DNA from: a virus
Lineage: Duplodnaviria > Heunggongvirae > Uroviricota > Caudoviricetes
Length of the DNA: 11,017 bases
Strand: one strand, 5' to 3'
Virus record (IMG/VR): IMGVR_UViG_2778261354_000002
Coordinates: 1-11,017 of that record
Positions 7,065 to 11,017 of this stretch are shown here, in pieces (position 1 is the first letter of the stretch; each line of letters starts with the position of its first letter). Made by a program: the position numbers and the translations under genes. The notes below the pieces were generated by a model. That model was not told the origin of the DNA, did not search any database, and was given only the letters and a program-made list of their open reading frames with translations.

Positions 7065-7338
7065 GTGATTCCCCGTCTGCTTTCAGGGCTTCCAGAGCGC
7101 GCTTCTCGCTGCCTTTTAGTGGGCGGTTGTGCATCTGGTCGGCTATGCGTGCAATAAGCTCGTTTCGGCGTATCTGGGCCTGCTCCATGCGCCTTCTGTG
7201 CACCCATCCCCGCAGCAGTGAGAGCGCCCCCAGAATCAGCCCGGCCAGCGCCATCTTCTCGCTCATGGTCATCACACCGATACCGGTGACCATGACTGAC
7301 GTGAAATACGTGATGTGGTCGCAAATTCTCTGAAACAT
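7048..7338 (-). CDS. Putative holin (pinholin-like, two hydrophobic segments and a highly charged C-terminus), 96 aa from ATG at 7338; the track's 7350 start is a GTG
   Basis: ATG at 7338-7336 lies 2 nt after the gpX stop. Hydrophobic segments YFTSVMVTGIGVMTM and MALAGLILGALSLLRGW, then an R/K/E-rich tail. Sits directly upstream of a SAR endolysin at the P2 gene-Y position. Further in-frame Met codons at residues 16, 23, 25 and 29. Confidence 0.6.
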   Translation of the reverse strand: MFQRICDHITYFTSVMVTGIGVMTMSEKMALAGLILGALSLLRGWVHRRRMEQAQIRRNELIARIADQMHNRPLKGSEKRALEALKADGESHVRTD

Positions 7339-7340
7339 AA

Positions 7341-7541
7341 TCAATCCCACAACTGGACGGTTTCCCGCTGCCTGTCCGGTATGATTTCCGGCAACTCCAC
7401 TTCCTGACCTGCCGCCAGAAACACGGTGTTGCTCAGCCCCGGATTGGCAGCCAGGACGCGCTCCGTCACGCCTTTTGTCATGCCGTAATGACGCTGGCAG
7501 AGTAAATCAACGGTGTCGTCATCCTGTGCTCTCACTTTCAT
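7341..7541 (-). CDS. X: P2-family tail protein gpX, 66 aa
   Basis: Start overlaps the gpL stop as TAATG (7543-7539). Sequence MKVRAQDDDTVDLLCQRHYGMTKGVTERVLAANPGL...VELPE matches recalled P2 gpX (...CVRYYGRTEGVVETVLAANPGL...VELPD). The track's longer form from 7610 is an antisense-overlap artefact. Confidence 0.85.
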   Translation of the reverse strand: MKVRAQDDDTVDLLCQRHYGMTKGVTERVLAANPGLSNTVFLAAGQEVELPEIIPDRQRETVQLWD

Positions 7542-8035
7542 TAAATCAGCTCCGCATAAATCCGTTTCACGCCCCGGATGTCCGATATGGCCCACCGTGC
7601 ATCGCGCCACATGTCTTCAATCTGCATGTTCAGCGCGTCGGCCCGTCTGTCGCCTTTGTCGGTGGTGTCCACATCCCGCGAACGCTCAAGAACGCCCGCC
7701 CGTGTGAGTGCATACACCGCCCGGCGGTACCGGTGCACATTCACGCTCTCACCGTTGATTTGCGCGGCCGGAACGTCTGTCAGCGTCGACCGTCCCGCCG
7801 CCTCCTGCTCCTGCTTCCAGCCCTCAAGCTCTGCCGTCACGTGTGCCACGGCTTCGGTGGCAGCATGAAGCAGGCGCGAGGTGGTGGTGCGTCCCGGGAT
7901 GCGCATGGCAAGGCGCAGCTCCTTCAGCACGATATCCGGCCAGAACGCTCCGGCACTGACGCGCGCCTCTCCGTCGTCGGTATCTGTCGTGTCATCCGTG
8001 GCGTCGTTCACGCGGGTTCTTGCTACCATGCTCAT
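7541..8035 (-). CDS. L: P2-family head completion/stabilisation protein gpL, 164 aa
   Basis: AGGAG Shine-Dalgarno 9 nt upstream of the ATG at 8035. Position between M and X; size close to P2 gpL (about 169 aa). Confidence 0.8.
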   Translation of the reverse strand: MSMVARTRVNDATDDTTDTDDGEARVSAGAFWPDIVLKELRLAMRIPGRTTTSRLLHAATEAVAHVTAELEGWKQEQEAAGRSTLTDVPAAQINGESVNVHRYRRAVYALTRAGVLERSRDVDTTDKGDRRADALNMQIEDMWRDARWAISDIRGVKRIYAELI

Positions 8036-8144
8036 GGTGGTTTTCTCCTGTAGATCAGGCGGTGGGCGACCGGTGAAAGTAACCGGGAGTCAGCGATCAG
8101 ATCACCGGTCGCGCCGCCTGCCGACGAGGTCGGGTCCGGTGTTA

Positions 8145-8969
8145 TCAGGTCGCCTTTCGTGCCGGTTTTGCGGCGGTTTTTTTCGTGGTCCGTCTGCCTG
8201 CGGCTTTTCTGGCCGTCGCTTTTGTACCCGGCTTCTGGCGCCCTGATGTTGATTTCGTTTTGCTTTTCTCTTCTGCCGTTTTTTCCGGTACCGGCTGCAC
8301 CTTTGACACTTTTCTGGCCAGCGTGGCGATTTCACGTTTTACGCCCGCAGCCGGATTGATGCGCATGGCTTCACGCAGCAGATTAAGCGACACGGTCAGG
8401 TCTCCCGTGCTGCCTGATGCGCGCCGTGAAAATGCCCGCGCCTTGTGTAGTTTTGCCCGAACCTGATCCGGCATGTCCTGGTCGCATACCAGAGCATCCA
8501 GCTCGTCCAGCGTACGGATATAACCGGATAAGTCGGTTTCACTGTTGGCGGCGGCTTCTGTCAGTACAACTTCGGCAATTTCTTCGGTGAGAACGGTCGC
8601 TGCATCCCGCCCGAAGTTGTCCGGCAGTGCCAGCCGGTGACGGATCACGTACTCACCAATGCGCAGCGCCAGCGGGTAATCCCGGCAGTCAATGGCCCAC
8701 ACCATCATGGTGGTAATCACTTCGTCCTGGCGTCCGCTGTCGCCTGCCAGTGTGCCGTCAATCCAGGCTTCAAAATCCGGTAAAAAGTGTTTTTTCAGCT
8801 CCGCTTTGGCGATGTTCGACTGCACGCCTTTGAGTTGCATCTGTGCCATGCGTAGCTGATGAAGAACCTGCTCATGCGCTGTGCGCGCCCTGGTCTCTTC
8901 GCGGCTGTCTGGTGTCACTCCCCGGCGCGCAGCCTCGCGCTGAAGATATCGTTGTGCCGGTGTCAGCAT
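8145..8969 (-). CDS. M: P2-family terminase small (endonuclease) subunit gpM, 274 aa, with a Lys/Arg/Thr/Ala-rich basic C-terminal tail
   Basis: AGGAG 8 nt upstream of the ATG at 8969. Conserved block DMPDQVRAKLHKA and AGVKREI as in recalled P2 gpM; basic low-complexity C-terminus is also present in P2 gpM. Confidence 0.85.
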   Translation of the reverse strand: MLTPAQRYLQREAARRGVTPDSREETRARTAHEQVLHQLRMAQMQLKGVQSNIAKAELKKHFLPDFEAWIDGTLAGDSGRQDEVITTMMVWAIDCRDYPLALRIGEYVIRHRLALPDNFGRDAATVLTEEIAEVVLTEAAANSETDLSGYIRTLDELDALVCDQDMPDQVRAKLHKARAFSRRASGSTGDLTVSLNLLREAMRINPAAGVKREIATLARKVSKVQPVPEKTAEEKSKTKSTSGRQKPGTKATARKAAGRRTTKKTAAKPARKAT

Positions 8970-8990
8970 GTGTTCGACTCCTGATTAACC

Positions 8991-9010
8991 GGCGGGCACG
9001 TGTGCCCGCC
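8991..9010 (-). promoter_or_regulatory. GC-rich perfect palindrome (GGCGGGCAC-GT-GTGCCCGCC) in the N-M intergenic spacer; candidate mRNA stem-loop
   Basis: 9-bp arms 8991-8999 and 9002-9010 are exact reverse complements. Located 9 nt after the gpN stop and 22 nt before the gpM start; no U-run follows on the minus strand. Confidence 0.3.
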
Positions 9011-9018
9011 ATGATGCA

Positions 9019-10113
9019 TCACGCCTGTGCTTCAGGCTCTTCCTTGTCTTCCGGATCTTCACCGGCGAAAGAAATGCCCTCAATCAGCGCACACTTGCCG
9101 TAGTCTTCCACCACGTAGCAGTCGTTCATGGACTGATAGGTGGCAATACGGTTGTACTCAGGCTCTTCACGGATGAAGCGACGCAGTGACCCTTTCTGGA
9201 AGTAGACCGAAAGGTTGCTGAACGACGTGATCAGCATGGTGTCGTCCGGAAAGTACGGCGCAAAGAAGGTCGGCAGTGCGCCAATGGTGCGGGAGGCAGT
9301 GATCAGCTGTCCGGCGACCAGTTCCGTGTTCGGGTTGGTGGTGCTGATGGCGTTAATCATAGGCAGACGCAGCGTGTTGAACAGGTTGCGGCCCATGACA
9401 ACAACCAGATCCGGGGCGTCCTTGTGCCACTCGTCCAGTACGGATGAACGAATGTCGTTGACCATGGCGTCAGCGTTGCCGTAGTCGCCTTTTGCAACCA
9501 GTTTGTTTTCATGATCGCGGCGGGTCAGCGTCATTGCCTTCACGACACGCGTCGCGGCGTGTTCACGGATGTGTTTCAGCCACCCGGTGTTCACGTCCTG
9601 AAGTTTCGGGTTGGCGGAACGATCGGAAATGATGGCGTGTGACTCACCGTTAAAGCCAATCATGATACGGTCCAGCGCAATCTGTCGGGTGATTTGGGCA
9701 CTCAGCAGTTGCTGGAAGTTTTTCTGGCTGCTCCACGCGTCAATCTGTGCGTAGCTGATGAAGGTGTCGTAGTTCACCTGTTCGCAGCGATAACGACGTG
9801 ATGCCAGATCAGAGACGTCAGCGGGATTGCGTCGCTTCACGCCGTCACTGGTTGAGTTGGTGCTGGCGATGGGGCCAATGGTATTCACCAGGACTTTTTC
9901 ACCTTCCTGATCGTCAACGCCGATGCTGTTGATTTTTTTCAGCAGTTCGTCGCTCTCTTTGATGGCGTTTTCCATCTTCTGGTGAACAGCCGGATCAACG
10001 CTGAAGGTTTTCCCCAGTCGTTCCACGGTGGTTTCGGCAATCTCTGCCTGGCGTGCAAGATAGGCCTCAAGATTGTTGCGGCCTTCGCGAGAAAGCGTTA
10101 AGCGGTTTCCCAT
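9019..10113 (-). CDS. N: P2-family major capsid protein gpN, 364 aa
   Basis: Blocks GPIASTNSTSDG, IMIGFNG, DLVVVMGR, DCYVVEDYG align with recalled P2 gpN (GSIASTTDTAGG, IMAGFNG, DLVVIVGR, DYVVEDYA). GAGGA Shine-Dalgarno upstream of the ATG at 10113. Confidence 0.9.
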   Translation of the reverse strand: MGNRLTLSREGRNNLEAYLARQAEIAETTVERLGKTFSVDPAVHQKMENAIKESDELLKKINSIGVDDQEGEKVLVNTIGPIASTNSTSDGVKRRNPADVSDLASRRYRCEQVNYDTFISYAQIDAWSSQKNFQQLLSAQITRQIALDRIMIGFNGESHAIISDRSANPKLQDVNTGWLKHIREHAATRVVKAMTLTRRDHENKLVAKGDYGNADAMVNDIRSSVLDEWHKDAPDLVVVMGRNLFNTLRLPMINAISTTNPNTELVAGQLITASRTIGALPTFFAPYFPDDTMLITSFSNLSVYFQKGSLRRFIREEPEYNRIATYQSMNDCYVVEDYGKCALIEGISFAGEDPEDKEEPEAQA

Positions 10114-10128
10114 GGTTTGGTTCCTCTG

Positions 10129-10965
10129 TTAAAAATCAGCCATGGCGTGGCTGTTGCCACCGGTTGCAGTAAAGCGATGTTCTTTATCTGCATCTTCGGT
10201 TTTCAGCTGCGCCTTCAGTTCAGTCAGTTCGCGGGTCAGGGCTTCCAGTGATGCCTTGTTACTGCGCTGTTGTTCTTCCATCGTATGGAAGCGTTCCAGA
10301 AGGCCGGCCTGTTCCGTGGCAATGCTCTCGACGGCTTCACGCACGTGAGCGAACTGCTCGCTGTCCGTGTTACGGGTTTTGCTGATGAGCGCCATGACGC
10401 GCGAAAACCATTTCCGGCTTTCTTCGGTGCTGTCCTGGACGGATGCCACCAGTTCCGCTTCCATGCATTCGGTGAACATGGCAACTTCACCTGTGCGGTT
10501 GCTGAACGTCATGATGCTGGCGCGCTGCTGGGCGGCAAATTTCAGTCGTTCGGTGCCGAGACTGGCCGGGGTGTCTGTCATTGCCAGGCCGATTACGTAA
10601 GGCCCGCCAACCGCTTCAATGTTGGGTTCAAGCTCGATGCTTGAGTAGATTTTCTTGCCGTCATTCAGCATTTGCGTCATGCGGTCGGTGGGCTCGATTT
10701 CGGCATACAGTGCGGTGCGACCGGCCAGTTTGCCCTCCGTGATTTCTTCGGTGGACAGAGAAATCACATCGCCCACGGCACTGAATTCACTGGACGGCAT
10801 ACGTGAAAGCATGTGCTCCACGTTCACCCGCGATCCCCACACGTCCGGGTCGTAGTTCTCTGCGGCCTGACGCAACATCTGGCCTGAAATTTCACGTCCG
10901 TCGATGGTTGTGCCCGAGACGGCGACGCGGAATTTTTTACGTACTGGCGCGTTTTTGGATGCCAT
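10129..10965 (-). CDS. O: P2-family capsid scaffolding protein gpO, 278 aa from ATG at 10965
   Basis: N-terminus MASKNAPVRKKFRVAVSGTTIDGREIS parallels recalled P2 gpO (MAKKVSKFFRIGVEGDTCDGRVIS). AAGGAG 7 nt upstream of the ATG at 10965; the track's longer form from 11001 has no SD. C-terminus ends TGGNSHAMADF. Confidence 0.88.
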   Translation of the reverse strand: MASKNAPVRKKFRVAVSGTTIDGREISGQMLRQAAENYDPDVWGSRVNVEHMLSRMPSSEFSAVGDVISLSTEEITEGKLAGRTALYAEIEPTDRMTQMLNDGKKIYSSIELEPNIEAVGGPYVIGLAMTDTPASLGTERLKFAAQQRASIMTFSNRTGEVAMFTECMEAELVASVQDSTEESRKWFSRVMALISKTRNTDSEQFAHVREAVESIATEQAGLLERFHTMEEQQRSNKASLEALTRELTELKAQLKTEDADKEHRFTATGGNSHAMADF

Positions 10966-11017
10966 GAAAAGTCTCCTTTCCGGAATTGTGTATTCCATCA
11001 TGCGGGGGGGAGGGGGG

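Noticed and set aside
8102-8335. 77-aa extremely basic minus-strand ORF (KRKAKRNQHQ...)
   Set aside because: It is an alternative frame over the basic C-terminal tail of gpM and the M-L spacer. The gpM frame carries the conserved terminase blocks, and the basic tail is a known feature of gpM itself.
11002-11017. Poly-G / G-rich run (GCGGGGGGGAGGGGGG) at the 3' end of the window
   Set aside because: Most likely a sequencing or assembly edge artefact (two-colour chemistry poly-G) and not biology. It also means the gpO promoter region cannot be assessed.
1-11017. tRNA genes, CRISPR repeats, integrase or attachment sites
   Set aside because: No cloverleaf-like or regularly spaced repeat structure was noticed. 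The window covers only the late structural and lysis region, so their absence is expected.

Overview
The window is almost entirely the late (morphogenesis and lysis) region of a P2-family prophage, with every credible gene on the minus strand. Read from high to low coordinate the order is: O (scaffold), N (major capsid), M (terminase small subunit), L (head completion), X, pinholin-like holin, SAR endolysin, overlapping i-/o-spanin pair, then two genes that are not part of the canonical P2 backbone, then R, S, V, W, J, I (tail completion and baseplate). The two extra genes are a ~642-aa NanS-p-like sialate O-acetylesterase (DUF1737-like N-terminus, SASA/SGNH core with GQSN and WxQGEGD motifs, C-terminal lectin-like domain) and a 55-aa membrane ORF that is absent from the supplied ORF track, flanked by a GC-rich hairpin with a T-run. 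This esterase cargo at the lysC/R junction is the main candidate for something new. Many gene junctions show translational coupling (ATGA or TAATG overlaps). The tail-fibre gene H expected after I is absent; the 3' end of I instead runs into a Tn5/IS50-type terminal-repeat-like 19-mer inside a short palindromic element. The last 14 bases are a poly-G run, so the right edge looks like a contig or assembly boundary. No tRNA, rRNA or CRISPR array was seen. All homology calls rest on recalled protein-family features and P2 synteny, not on a database search.
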